Position numbers and translations under genes: made by a program
Virus record (IMG/VR): IMGVR_UViG_3300044824_000082
Location: 4,652-68,651 of that record
DNA: 64,000 nt
Reading direction: 5' to 3' (one strand)
DNA from: a virus
Shown here: positions 20,453 through 30,780 of the stretch, in pieces
How positions within the stretch are numbered: position 1 is the first letter of the stretch
Layout of the letters: each line of letters begins with the position of its first letter
Notes under the pieces: generated by a model
Databases searched by the model: none
What the model was told of the DNA's origin: nothing
The model's input: only the letters and a program-made list of their open reading frames with translations

Positions 20453-22840
20453 ATGGGGGCCGTAACAGTCACAGTAACCGTAGGTGGAATCCTTGACTCG
20501 GGATTCACACAAAGTTGGTTTTGTTCCGGGCCCAGTGGTACGGGCACAGTTACTTGGGCATTTCAGTGTGTTCAGCAAGGTGGCGGTACAATCGGGCCTT
20601 CTACGTACACCGCCGTAAATGCCAATACTCATACGTTTTACACAAATTGTACCCCCGGTATTTGGGGTGCCAACGTTGGCATGTCCGACACGAATGGACA
20701 GTACGGTAACGGTAATGCCAGCGCCACCATCGGTACGGGGTATCAAGTCGTCCAGAATGACACGGTTACAGTAACAAACGTAGGAACCACGGCGTCGTTC
20801 CTTATTATACCGACGGTGAACGAGATTGGGAATGTCAAGACGACTGACGCGATACAGATTTATCACGAAGGTCAGAAGATGCCGGGGTTCGACATTCAGA
20901 CAAGTCGCGGTATTAGTACGGCTGGCAGTCTTCAGTTCAAGACGCCAGCTACTTTTGGGGCTTCGATTAACTTGTATGATAGGATAGAGTTTGGGTATCG
21001 GGGGCACGAATCGTTTTACGGGTGGGCGTATTCGATTGACAAGAGCAGCGAGTACATTTATCAGATTACGGCTTACGATGGTGGGTATGGGATGGCGATG
21101 TTCGCCGGCCTCACGCAAGGTGTTATCTCGCGGGCGGGAGCAACGATGAGCGTGAGCGGGTTGTTGGGTAACTACGCGTTACAGGTGGTTGGTTTAGGGG
21201 CATCGAAATCAGACAAGTTGGGAGTCAACGTCGTACAGAGCGAACTCCCAGTCGTTTTCGGGTGGAACTTTTCTGGCGGACAGGTGTTGCAGAAGATTGA
21301 GGCGGTGGCGTTGGGGTTCGGTTACGTTTCGTACACGGACTATCTCAGCAATATGACGCTCTCGAACTATCAGATAGAAGCGGTGTACCCGTATGGTAGC
21401 GGTACGGTTGTCAGCACTACGCCGGTAGGAACGGTGTTGTTGCGGGAAAACACGGACGGATTCGTAGTTCAGTCCAAGAAGTTTAACCCCAGTGAGAAGT
21501 ATGGGTTCTGGCAAATGAACGGGTTGGAAGCCAGCGGGGCCACGCTTTCTGCGACAGTGGGAGTCACGCAGCCGCAGCGGACGATGGGTACGAACTGGTT
21601 ATTGGTTCAAGCGTCAGACGCGACATTGCTGGGAACCATCGCGAATACGTATTACGACGTCTTCGAGAACGGGGTTTGGACGGTTACGGCGTGGTCGAAG
21701 CGTTGGTTTGACACAAGCGGGGTAGATGTCGGAGGCAGTATCGCTTCGTACATCGGAGACGACAGGTATCTCATTATGTCATCGCCTTCGTTGGGGATAG
21801 CCGTAATGGATATGTCGGAAGGAGGGGTGATGTTTTTGACGGGCGGCGCGGTGAGTGCGACCTACGTTCGCAATTCTGAGAGCCCGCAAATCTGTGCTAT
21901 TCAAGGTAGTCGGATTTCGGAGGTTGGTGGGTTCTTAATCGGCGCCCCGGGAGTCCTTGGTACGATTGGAACGGCAGGGACGTTGGCGGGGCAGAGTATG
22001 GATTATGATGGTTTGGACACTTTGTACACGGCCACCCCAAGCGGGACAGTGTACGCGACGAACTGGTACAATGGGATAAGTTCGGTGGTGGCTACGATTG
22101 GTAGTTCGATTACTACGATACTGGCGCCTGCGCCCGGGGTAGCCTACGTGGGCACCCCGAGTGGGGTGGTTCGAGTGGGTGGCGGAACGATTGATGGAAC
22201 GAGCGGGTATCACGCGTATCGGATGTTCTACGATTCCACGAGCAATTTGGTGTACATTTGCGCGGGCACGAGCGGGGTAGTGTCCTTCTTGCTGGGGGCA
22301 ACCAGTACGTCGGGGACGCTCACGGTTAGTTATGCCGTTCCCGAGGGAGTGTTCATAGGCTGTGCCTTGCAAGATGGAAGTGGTGGAATCGTTTTGGGCG
22401 GGACGGTTAGTATAGCGACTTACACTACGCAGGTGATAAGTACGGTTACAGTTGGTTCTGGTACGGTAATTTGTGACATGGTGTACGACACTGCGTATTC
22501 GCAGTTGGCGGTATTGGCGCCGGTAAGTTCTGCGAATAGCACGTACGTCATGTTTTTGAACCCTACAGCATTGGGCACGCCCATCCGTACTGCGGTGTTT
22601 TCTGGTGTTGCGGACCAAAGAATGCGAGTAATCGACACGGTGATTTCGCGGCAGAACCTTTACACGTTACAGTTTGCGGACGGGACAACGTTGTACAACT
22701 GTATCGTGGCAACGGTTCAGGTTACGCAGATGGGGACGACAGTGACGTTTACGAGTGGGCAAGTGAGTGCGGGAGCGTTTGCGGGGCCGACGGACCCAAC
22801 GCAGCTTTCGCTGTGGAATGTCGTTACGACGATGACGTAG
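20453..22840 (+). CDS. putative tail-tip/baseplate hub protein with beta-propeller-like C-region
   Basis: YDRIEFGY..FYGW..ITAYD hub-like segment; beta-rich composition. Confidence 0.55.
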   Translation: MGAVTVTVTVGGILDSGFTQSWFCSGPSGTGTVTWAFQCVQQGGGTIGPSTYTAVNANTHTFYTNCTPGIWGANVGMSDTNGQYGNGNASATIGTGYQVVQNDTVTVTNVGTTASFLIIPTVNEIGNVKTTDAIQIYHEGQKMPGFDIQTSRGISTAGSLQFKTPATFGASINLYDRIEFGYRGHESFYGWAYSIDKSSEYIYQITAYDGGYGMAMFAGLTQGVISRAGATMSVSGLLGNYALQVVGLGASKSDKLGVNVVQSELPVVFGWNFSGGQVLQKIEAVALGFGYVSYTDYLSNMTLSNYQIEAVYPYGSGTVVSTTPVGTVLLRENTDGFVVQSKKFNPSEKYGFWQMNGLEASGATLSATVGVTQPQRTMGTNWLLVQASDATLLGTIANTYYDVFENGVWTVTAWSKRWFDTSGVDVGGSIASYIGDDRYLIMSSPSLGIAVMDMSEGGVMFLTGGAVSATYVRNSESPQICAIQGSRISEVGGFLIGAPGVLGTIGTAGTLAGQSMDYDGLDTLYTATPSGTVYATNWYNGISSVVATIGSSITTILAPAPGVAYVGTPSGVVRVGGGTIDGTSGYHAYRMFYDSTSNLVYICAGTSGVVSFLLGATSTSGTLTVSYAVPEGVFIGCALQDGSGGIVLGGTVSIATYTTQVISTVTVGSGTVICDMVYDTAYSQLAVLAPVSSANSTYVMFLNPTALGTPIRTAVFSGVADQRMRVIDTVISRQNLYTLQFADGTTLYNCIVATVQVTQMGTTVTFTSGQVSAGAFAGPTDPTQLSLWNVVTTMT

Positions 22841-22898
22841 GAAGGAAAGTATGAACACAAACCAAGATTTTAAATACCATGTTCTTCCTATTAATACC

Positions 22899-23504
22899 AT
22901 GCCATCTGGAATCTATCAGCGTACGCCGGAGCAGTTAGAAAGACTTCGAGAAGCGGGACGAAAGTTGGGTTCGGTTCAGGGCCCGAAGAATGCTAAGTCT
23001 GGCAGATTTCAGTCTGTTGAGTGGAAAGAGCGGGCGGCTCGACAGGGGCGAAAGAACGTTGAATCCGGGCTTTTGGAGCGGATTAGTCTGCCGTCACGGT
23101 TCAAGAAAGGCGAGATAAGAACGACAGCGCAGCGTGAGGCGAGTGCACGGGGCGGTGTGAAGACGATGCTCAAGATTCGCGGGCGTCAGGGGCCCAATGA
23201 AGAAGAGAAGCGGCTTCGTGCAGAATTGGATAAGTTGGGGATTGAGTTTAAACCGGAAGTGTATTTGGGTGATGGTATGGGAATTGCAGATGTGGTAGTT
23301 GGGAAGGTTGTGGGTGAGTTGGACGGCGGCGGGCATTGGGTAAATTTCGCGCGCAAGAAAGGGGTTACTGACGAAGAATATCGTTGCGGAATCGCGGCCA
23401 AAGACGCGAGACATGACAAGCGCAGGAGGCATAATGGTTACGTCGTGATTCGGGATTCGGACCCGATTCGATTGGCGAACAGGATTAAGGAGGTAGTACA
23501 ATGA
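22899..23504 (+). CDS. PD-(D/E)xK (Vsr/DUF559-like) homing-type endonuclease
   Basis: MPSGIYQRTPE N-terminus, basic repeats, ADVV..ELDGGGHW..KDARHD; own TTTTAAATA box; paralogue of 39264. Confidence 0.75.
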   Translation: MPSGIYQRTPEQLERLREAGRKLGSVQGPKNAKSGRFQSVEWKERAARQGRKNVESGLLERISLPSRFKKGEIRTTAQREASARGGVKTMLKIRGRQGPNEEEKRLRAELDKLGIEFKPEVYLGDGMGIADVVVGKVVGELDGGGHWVNFARKKGVTDEEYRCGIAAKDARHDKRRRHNGYVVIRDSDPIRLANRIKEVVQ

Positions 23505-24127
23505 ATACCAAAGTTGGGACCAACTGGCGAGGGTTTACGGTGGGGCACAGGATTTCGGGCCACGAGAAGTGCGGGCGCATGCACGGCCATAACCTTCGGG
23601 TGCGGGTAGAGGTAGAAGGAGACATTGACGCCAAGACGGGAATGGTGGTGGATTTCGGGGTGCTGAGCATGGACTTGGCAGAGATTGTCGAGCCGTGGGA
23701 CCACAAGTTCCTCGCGCCAAAGGATTCTGCGAGGTTGGGATGGTGGTACGGGGCGCAGTGGCTTGAGAAAGAAGCAGCATGCAGTACGGTTCTGCCATCG
23801 CGGGCGTACTTGATTGACTGGGGGTACGTGTTGCCGGCAGAAGACGTGGTGTTGTTGAACCTGTCTGTCATCTCGTCCGAGAATCTGGCGCACTGGATTC
23901 TGTGGCAGTTGATTACGAAGCCGTGGGCGATGGGCAAGCTGGTTCGGGTTCAGGTAAGCGAGAATGGCGAGAACATCGCGGAGGCAAGTCATTTTGTTCA
24001 GAAATACAGCAGCACGTCAAGTTGGACGTACACTGGACAGGGGCAGAATTGGTATGTTGGCCTCAATGCGAACAACGCGGCTGCGCCAGCGGGGAACTGG
24101 GTTCCGACATGGATTTACCCCCCGTGA
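23501..24127 (+). CDS. queD: 6-carboxy-5,6,7,8-tetrahydropterin synthase (PTPS/QueD)
   Basis: GHRI..KCGRMHGHN, GMVVDFG, WDHKFL, SSENLA, VSE motifs. Confidence 0.9.
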   Translation: MNTKVGTNWRGFTVGHRISGHEKCGRMHGHNLRVRVEVEGDIDAKTGMVVDFGVLSMDLAEIVEPWDHKFLAPKDSARLGWWYGAQWLEKEAACSTVLPSRAYLIDWGYVLPAEDVVLLNLSVISSENLAHWILWQLITKPWAMGKLVRVQVSENGENIAEASHFVQKYSSTSSWTYTGQGQNWYVGLNANNAAAPAGNWVPTWIYPP

Positions 24128-24170
24128 GGATGAACAGGTTTAAGTACGCGAACGGGTAATTGTTGTATCA

Positions 24171-27100
24171 ATGGCGGGCACGTTAACGTTCAAGGATAGT
24201 TTGGGAGGTTCAGTCGCAGCCTTCGAGAACGGAAGCGTTCCGGTGTCGATGGCCGTGCAAGGGACGGTTGTCGCTTCGTTGACAAGCCCGAACGACACGT
24301 TGACTTTCGGCGGCGGCGTGGGCGGGAGCATCACGGCGGACTTGAACCTCGCTAACCCGAATACGTGGACGGGCGCACAGACATTCAGTGGAGGAATTGG
24401 TGGCTCGTTCGCGGTGAATCCGGGCGGAACGGTTACGGCGGGAGTCTGGGCGGGAAGCAAGATTCCGAATTCCGAGTTGTCGGGGCCGTCCGTTACGACC
24501 ATTGCAGCGGGAACCGGAATTGGGGTTGCTTCCGGAGGCGGGGTTGGGCCGGCTACGATTTCAAATGCCGGTGTCGTGACGGTAAACGGTTTGACTGGGG
24601 CACCAGTGATTGCTGGCGGTGTTGGAGCAACCATTACTGCGGGCGGCGGAACGATAACGGTGGCGTTCACCGGCACGTCGGGGGTTGCTTCGGTAAATGG
24701 AGTGACAGGAAACCCGGTGATTGCTGGCGGGACGGGGGCTACGGTTACGGTGTCCGGTTCAACGATTACAGTCACTCCGACGGCAGTTCCTAACACAGCG
24801 TTGGCGGGGCCGTTGGTGAATGAGATTGTTGCGGGTTCGGGCATTACTATTGCGCCGTCCGGGGGAACCGGAACGGCAACGATTAGCGTGAGCAACTTTG
24901 TGTGGAAGGGGGCTCTTGGGGTGCCATTTGTTACGGTTTCGGCGGTGGGGACATCGACATCAACGTTGATTACAGTAATGAACAATGGCTGTAATTACGG
25001 GCCCGACACGCCGTTAACGGCAACGTGCGGGTTGCAAGAAGCGGAAAACACCGGGCTATCGTATTATGTGACAGCGGGAACGTACAATCTTGGAACCTCG
25101 CTTGTCGTCATCAATTCGAACAAGCAGATTTTCTGTGACCCCGGGGCGGTAATCAACGTGGCTTCGGGCGTGACGTTCCCAACGAAGGACGGTTGGAACG
25201 GAAGCACGGATTGGACGCAGATGGTAGTGTTTGCGAACTGTTCTAATGTGGATTGGTACGGTGGGATGTTGCAGAACCGGAACACAACGAATAACAGTAT
25301 CAGTGGATTTGTATTTGCGGGAAACACGTCAAATATCACTGTTTACAGCGACACAGTTCAGGGCATGACACGGTGGGCGCACTGGATTACTGGGTATGCG
25401 GCGATTGGCACGATTACGGCGGACGGCAACGTGTCGAACATTTCGATTATCTGCCCGACGGTGGTGAACTGTGGAAATACCACGACTCCCGACGGAGGAT
25501 TTCTCAAGACAGATTTGAACGCGACGACGGGAAGCATCTCCGGAATTTTCGTTCTTAACCCGCAGGGAACCGGGTTGAATTGTATGGGAATTGACTTTGA
25601 AAATGACGAGAGCAGCCCCGGGCTTTTGTCCAACGTTCGAATCATTGGCGGGAATCTGACGGCATCGAGCACGGTTTCAGCAGCGGGAGTAGGGTTGTTT
25701 GTCGAGGCGCAGCATGGTCTTCAGAGCGTTTCTGATATTGTCTTTAGGGACGTGAAGGTGAACGGGTTCACGGCGGGCTCGTATCTGTACACGGACAACC
25801 AGCGGGTAACGTACGACAATGTCACGTTCAACAGCCCGTTGAATGGAACGATTGGAGTGTTCATTTTGCCGGATAATGCCAGCACACTTTCGGTTCAGAA
25901 TCATTTCCAGATTCTCAATACGAAGGTTTTGGGATTCACAACGGCATACGAAGTCGACATGGTTCCGGGCTCGTCTGGAGTTGGTGTCAACGATGTCACG
26001 TTTGTGAACTGTGTCGCAGACGACAACGGCGCAGGAAGGATGACAGCGGGGCTTAAGCTTGTCAATGGCACCTCGAAGTGGATTAACACGCTTCACGCGG
26101 TGAACTGTAATTTCTCGCAGGTTGCGGCGGGCGGAACGGTTCTGGTTGAGAGTGGTTACAATTCGTCATACGCGACAGATGTGATTTTCGACGATTGTAC
26201 GGGAATCCCAAGCACGTTTTCGGGCGGGGTATCTCAGATTGTCGCGGGAACGGGTGTCTCGTTGAGTCCGGTGGGGGGAACCGGGACGGTAACAGTTTCG
26301 GTTACGGGGTTCTTGCCAGTTGGGGGCGCGGTTACATCGCTCAATGGGTTGCAAGGTTCTCTAACTGCAATCGGTGGAACCGGGGCCACGGTTACGACAG
26401 CGGGTTCGACAGTTATAGTTACGCCCACGGCGGTGCCTAACTCGGCGCTTGCGGGGCCGCTTGTGGCGGAAATCGTGGCGGGAACCGGCATCACGCTTTC
26501 TCCGGTAGGTGGAACGGGGACTGTAACAATTAATGCTTCGGGAACGCTTAGCGCAAGTTGGAATGTAGTGGGGGGAAGGCCGTTCTATACGTTCTCGCCA
26601 TCGACTACGGCGGACGGTTCGGACTTCATTGCGGGCTCGGATTTGATGAACAGTTTTGCGTCGTGTGTGGCGACATTGTGTTCGACTGTGACAGTGGGAG
26701 CCACGCTTTACATGAAGCCCGGAACGTACACGTTGAACGGGCCATTGTTTGTTACGGGGACATCCGAGCAACAGCCGTTACTTGTCATCGCAGACCCGGA
26801 AGCGAACTTTGTGATTGCGTCATCGCCTCCGGGGTGGGGTATTCAGTGTGGTTCGGGCACGCGGCGTCCGCATCTTATCTTTGCCAGCGCGTCTTATGTC
26901 GAGTGGCGGGGCGGGAAGTTCACGAGTTCGGTGGCCCGTGCGTCGCAGATTGGATACTTGGGCGGAATTCATATCGCGGGGGCGGTTGACCATCTTACGA
27001 TTCGTGACACGCATATTGGAGAAGCGGTAAACGGACTGTCGAACTTTGCGATTCACGCGACGGGCGGGTATGTGAATGGGTCCGGGTTGCCCACGGGGAT

Positions 27101-29555
27101 TTCAACGATTAACGCGCCGAGCACGGGATACTCGAACATCTTTTTGTACGACAATCGGTATAACTATTGTGGAGGAACGGGAACCGCCCTTACAGGAGAT
27201 GGTGGGGGAGAAGGCTGGCACAATGACAATAATTGGGGGAGCCTGAACGGGACGATTGCGCCACCGTGTGGCCCCGTGTTCTCGAAGAACTCGGTGGGCG
27301 TAAATATGCCGTGGTATGGTTTGGACGTTGCCAGTGGCACAACGATGGTGGGGCTGGTTTCGAGTATCTATGTTGATGGGATGTCTATTACTTTGAACCC
27401 CACCGTGGCGGGCACGTTAGCCATCGCATTGCAGTTGGAAGCGGGTCCGTATTTCTCAGGGGGTTCGCCTCCGATGTGTAACAACGTCAGCATTACGAAC
27501 TCGTATTTCTCGGGCGGGTGGAAGAACAGTATCGGTTATAACTGGGAGACAATCACTATCGAAAACACGACGTTTGCCAATGCGAATAACACCGGGCTCT
27601 TTGTGACTTGCGGGACAGGATTGCTTCAGAATGTTCAGTTGATTGGTGTACGGTGTTTGAACAATAACCAGAAGCTAAGTGGGGCGGGGGCGTTCAACGC
27701 AGGGCTGACGATTGGGGCCGTCAACGCAACCGACACGGGAACGTGTAACGGGGTGACAGTCATCGGCGGAGACTTTTCGGATTATCAGGCAACCCCGACC
27801 CAGAAGTACGGGATTTGTCCGTACAATGGTTCGACAATGAGTGTTCCTGCGGTGGTGGAGAACATCACGATTCTGTCGGGGTACACCGCGATTGGGAATA
27901 CCTCGGCAGCGGTTTATTCGGGCTCGAAGGCACCCGTTTATTCAAGTGGAGCCACCTCGCCAGTGGCGGCGGGTGTGGGAATCGCAGTTTCGACTGTCAC
28001 GGGCACGTTAACAGTTTCGGCGAGCAACGTGCCGTGGGACGTCGGGATTGGTAAGATAGGGTATTCGGTGTCGCCGGCTGGAACATCGACGGCGGGGATT
28101 ACAGTTCCGAATAACGGCGCAGACTTTGGACCCGACACGACATTGGGTTCGACGGTTCCGGGTGTTACAGGTACGCCGTACACGGCAACGAACGGAATCA
28201 ATGAAGCGGGCGCGGCGGCTCAGATTGCGAAGATGCCGAGCAACGTTTACATTTACGGCGGCCCCAATACGACAATTACGGTAACGTCTCAAGTCGTGTT
28301 TAAGAATGGTGTGAGTTACATTGGTGACGGAGTTCAGTTGTGTGCCGGTGGAGGGCTTTTGAACCCGTTCACGACAGACACCACGGCAGTGTACTTTAGA
28401 GGGAGGGTTCAGGGATTGGTGTTGAACGGCAATAACTACACGGGTACGACAGTGTTTACGATTGTGAACGCACAACGTTCGGTGTTCGAGTCGGTAGTAG
28501 TCGAAGGAGCCAACGCGACGCTGACAGCGGTTTCAGTGTCGAGCAGCCCGACAACGTACGCGAATCTGAACGCTTGGCCGCAGGTGGTTAACGTTTACGG
28601 CGGGACGGTTACGGGCATCACTCTTGGAACGGTTGCGTTGGGCGATACGGCGGGAGCATTCTGGGTGCCTTCGTTGGGTAGCATCACGGTGTCGTGGAGC
28701 GGCAAACCGTTGATATGGGCGTCGAACGGAATCGGGTGGTTCCTCACGTCGGGAACGAACGGCGCGACATCGCCGTGGGCAGGGAACTATAACTGTGGCG
28801 GTAACAATTTCATTGAGTGCACGGCGGAGACGTGCTCGGTTGGGTGGATTCAGTATGGGTTAACGTCTTCTACGCACGTCACTGACAACCACATCCACGA
28901 GTTGTACGTTCACGCGGCGAATATCCTCGGGATGGGATTTGTCTATGCCAGCGACACGAACACGTATGATAGGCTGGAAATGTCGTTGAGCAGTTCGGCC
29001 AATGGTACGGTGGGTGTCAATGGAACCGGCGCGGTGATGGTGGCGCTCAATATGTTGAACCCGACAGTCGAGGAGTACATCTACGCGAACCATATCTATC
29101 TCTGTTCGTTGGATACGTCGTACCCCGCGCAGCAAATCGGGTTCCAAGTCGGGTACAACTCGACGGATGCCAACGTCTGTGATAATTTCATGGGTGTGGG
29201 AAGCCTAACGGCGGTGGTGGTGCCGGAATCGAACGGTAGTAGATTCTATTGTTACGATTTCCATGAAGGACAGAAGATGGCTTACTGGGGCACGGGGAAT
29301 TACTATACGTGGTACACGGAGAGTGTCAGCGGGACAACGACAGCGTATTACTATACGAACTTGCCGGCGTTTGCGAAACTGGCGAACGTTACGGGGGGCA
29401 CGGGACTAACGGGAATCACAATGAACATCGGCACTGGGGCAGCGATTCCACTTGGTGGGACGACGGGGACGTACTTGTTACCTCCGGGTGCCACGTTGAA
29501 CTTTACGGGCGCCACGGGCAAGCCCACAGTTCAGACGCTTTTGCTGGGGCCGTAA
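24171..29555 (+). CDS. very long multi-module tail fibre/adhesin (1794 aa)
   Basis: N-terminus shared with 10382 (TLTxKDSLGG..AFE); repeated IVAGxG(I/V) linkers; NNGCNYGPDT and NNGADFGPDT modules; beta-helix segments. Confidence 0.75.
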   Translation: MAGTLTFKDSLGGSVAAFENGSVPVSMAVQGTVVASLTSPNDTLTFGGGVGGSITADLNLANPNTWTGAQTFSGGIGGSFAVNPGGTVTAGVWAGSKIPNSELSGPSVTTIAAGTGIGVASGGGVGPATISNAGVVTVNGLTGAPVIAGGVGATITAGGGTITVAFTGTSGVASVNGVTGNPVIAGGTGATVTVSGSTITVTPTAVPNTALAGPLVNEIVAGSGITIAPSGGTGTATISVSNFVWKGALGVPFVTVSAVGTSTSTLITVMNNGCNYGPDTPLTATCGLQEAENTGLSYYVTAGTYNLGTSLVVINSNKQIFCDPGAVINVASGVTFPTKDGWNGSTDWTQMVVFANCSNVDWYGGMLQNRNTTNNSISGFVFAGNTSNITVYSDTVQGMTRWAHWITGYAAIGTITADGNVSNISIICPTVVNCGNTTTPDGGFLKTDLNATTGSISGIFVLNPQGTGLNCMGIDFENDESSPGLLSNVRIIGGNLTASSTVSAAGVGLFVEAQHGLQSVSDIVFRDVKVNGFTAGSYLYTDNQRVTYDNVTFNSPLNGTIGVFILPDNASTLSVQNHFQILNTKVLGFTTAYEVDMVPGSSGVGVNDVTFVNCVADDNGAGRMTAGLKLVNGTSKWINTLHAVNCNFSQVAAGGTVLVESGYNSSYATDVIFDDCTGIPSTFSGGVSQIVAGTGVSLSPVGGTGTVTVSVTGFLPVGGAVTSLNGLQGSLTAIGGTGATVTTAGSTVIVTPTAVPNSALAGPLVAEIVAGTGITLSPVGGTGTVTINASGTLSASWNVVGGRPFYTFSPSTTADGSDFIAGSDLMNSFASCVATLCSTVTVGATLYMKPGTYTLNGPLFVTGTSEQQPLLVIADPEANFVIASSPPGWGIQCGSGTRRPHLIFASASYVEWRGGKFTSSVARASQIGYLGGIHIAGAVDHLTIRDTHIGEAVNGLSNFAIHATGGYVNGSGLPTGISTINAPSTGYSNIFLYDNRYNYCGGTGTALTGDGGGEGWHNDNNWGSLNGTIAPPCGPVFSKNSVGVNMPWYGLDVASGTTMVGLVSSIYVDGMSITLNPTVAGTLAIALQLEAGPYFSGGSPPMCNNVSITNSYFSGGWKNSIGYNWETITIENTTFANANNTGLFVTCGTGLLQNVQLIGVRCLNNNQKLSGAGAFNAGLTIGAVNATDTGTCNGVTVIGGDFSDYQATPTQKYGICPYNGSTMSVPAVVENITILSGYTAIGNTSAAVYSGSKAPVYSSGATSPVAAGVGIAVSTVTGTLTVSASNVPWDVGIGKIGYSVSPAGTSTAGITVPNNGADFGPDTTLGSTVPGVTGTPYTATNGINEAGAAAQIAKMPSNVYIYGGPNTTITVTSQVVFKNGVSYIGDGVQLCAGGGLLNPFTTDTTAVYFRGRVQGLVLNGNNYTGTTVFTIVNAQRSVFESVVVEGANATLTAVSVSSSPTTYANLNAWPQVVNVYGGTVTGITLGTVALGDTAGAFWVPSLGSITVSWSGKPLIWASNGIGWFLTSGTNGATSPWAGNYNCGGNNFIECTAETCSVGWIQYGLTSSTHVTDNHIHELYVHAANILGMGFVYASDTNTYDRLEMSLSSSANGTVGVNGTGAVMVALNMLNPTVEEYIYANHIYLCSLDTSYPAQQIGFQVGYNSTDANVCDNFMGVGSLTAVVVPESNGSRFYCYDFHEGQKMAYWGTGNYYTWYTESVSGTTTAYYYTNLPAFAKLANVTGGTGLTGITMNIGTGAAIPLGGTTGTYLLPPGATLNFTGATGKPTVQTLLLGP

Positions 29556-29567
29556 TGCGGAGTTGAA

Positions 29568-30635
29568 ATGTCGGGAAGTGCTGGTGACGTAACAGCGGGT
29601 GGGGCCGGCGTCCAAGCGGGCGGCGAACCTCTCACAGCGGCGCAGGAGACGAACTTTCTCGGCCCTGACAAGTTGGTGGGGTTGAGAATCTTATCGGCAA
29701 CCAGTCTGCGGGTGCTCTATTGGGAAAATGTGAAGAGTCTGGACGTTCAGCGAATGGCAAACTCGATTGTGGTGAGCATCGAGGAAGAGAAGCAGGAGGC
29801 CATTGGACTTGGGCGGGAGAGTTTCAAGGACGTGGACGTGCGGGCGGTGTTGTACATGCTGGAACAGGACCCGCTGGGGATTTCGGACGAGAACGCGTTC
29901 GAGGGTTACTTGCAGGTGATTCACGATGCGTTGACTCAGTACAGTCCGTACAGTGGCCTGTCCAGAGACACGGTTGGCGGGAACAACGTTGTCTGGGTGA
30001 AAATCGTGAACGAAAGGCGTGCCGAGGATGTGCGTGGAATCATCCTGTATGAGATTTCTTTTCAAGTGCGGATTTATGTGGGGCCCGGAACGGTGACGCC
30101 ATACGGGCAGAACGTGGTGCCACCTGTCATCACGACAGGCAATACGATTGTGACGGTGCCGGGTCCGGGAATCGTGATGGCGTCGTTGCTGATGATGGGG
30201 AGTCTGATGCAGGTGATGGCGCAGTTCCTCGCGGGATTACCGGCAGGCACGGTGAGCGCGTGGAACATCGTTCCGTTCGTCACTACGAAGTCGGTTGATT
30301 TGCAACGAGCAGGAAACACCGTTGCTATTGGAGCGCCCACGGGTTCGGGGCGTATCATCGGACTGGGATTGGGGCAGATGGGTTCGGGTTCGTACAGTCA
30401 GCAGCAAGTCACGGAATACACGTTCAAGTTGACGTTGTGGACGATTTCCGAGCAAGACATCGTAGCGGCAACGGATTGGATTACGGCGAACTCGCTGTTG
30501 TATTTCTTGAATCTGCCGTATGACGGAGGGCAAGTGGTAATGTCAAAGATGACGAGTTTCGGGCAGAAACAGAAAGAGCGTGGTGTCTGGTGGCGCACGT
30601 TGGATTTGATGCTTGAGGTGGTGATTGGGGTTTGA
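29568..30635 (+). CDS. putative tail completion/terminator-like protein with an internal duplication
   Basis: KSLDVQRMANSIVV..IGLG is repeated as KSVDLQRAGNTVAI..IGLG. Confidence 0.5.
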   Translation: MSGSAGDVTAGGAGVQAGGEPLTAAQETNFLGPDKLVGLRILSATSLRVLYWENVKSLDVQRMANSIVVSIEEEKQEAIGLGRESFKDVDVRAVLYMLEQDPLGISDENAFEGYLQVIHDALTQYSPYSGLSRDTVGGNNVVWVKIVNERRAEDVRGIILYEISFQVRIYVGPGTVTPYGQNVVPPVITTGNTIVTVPGPGIVMASLLMMGSLMQVMAQFLAGLPAGTVSAWNIVPFVTTKSVDLQRAGNTVAIGAPTGSGRIIGLGLGQMGSGSYSQQQVTEYTFKLTLWTISEQDIVAATDWITANSLLYFLNLPYDGGQVVMSKMTSFGQKQKERGVWWRTLDLMLEVVIGV

Positions 30636-30780
30636 GCGGGCGAAGGGGTGGGAGTAAGATTCGGCGCAATCGCGAAGACAAACAGGCACGGCGAGAAGAG
30701 TGGATACTGCGTCAGAGTCGGGAACGGAAACACGGAAAGCGGGGTAAAGGTTATATAGAAAGCGGGCAGTTTGGTAAGCG

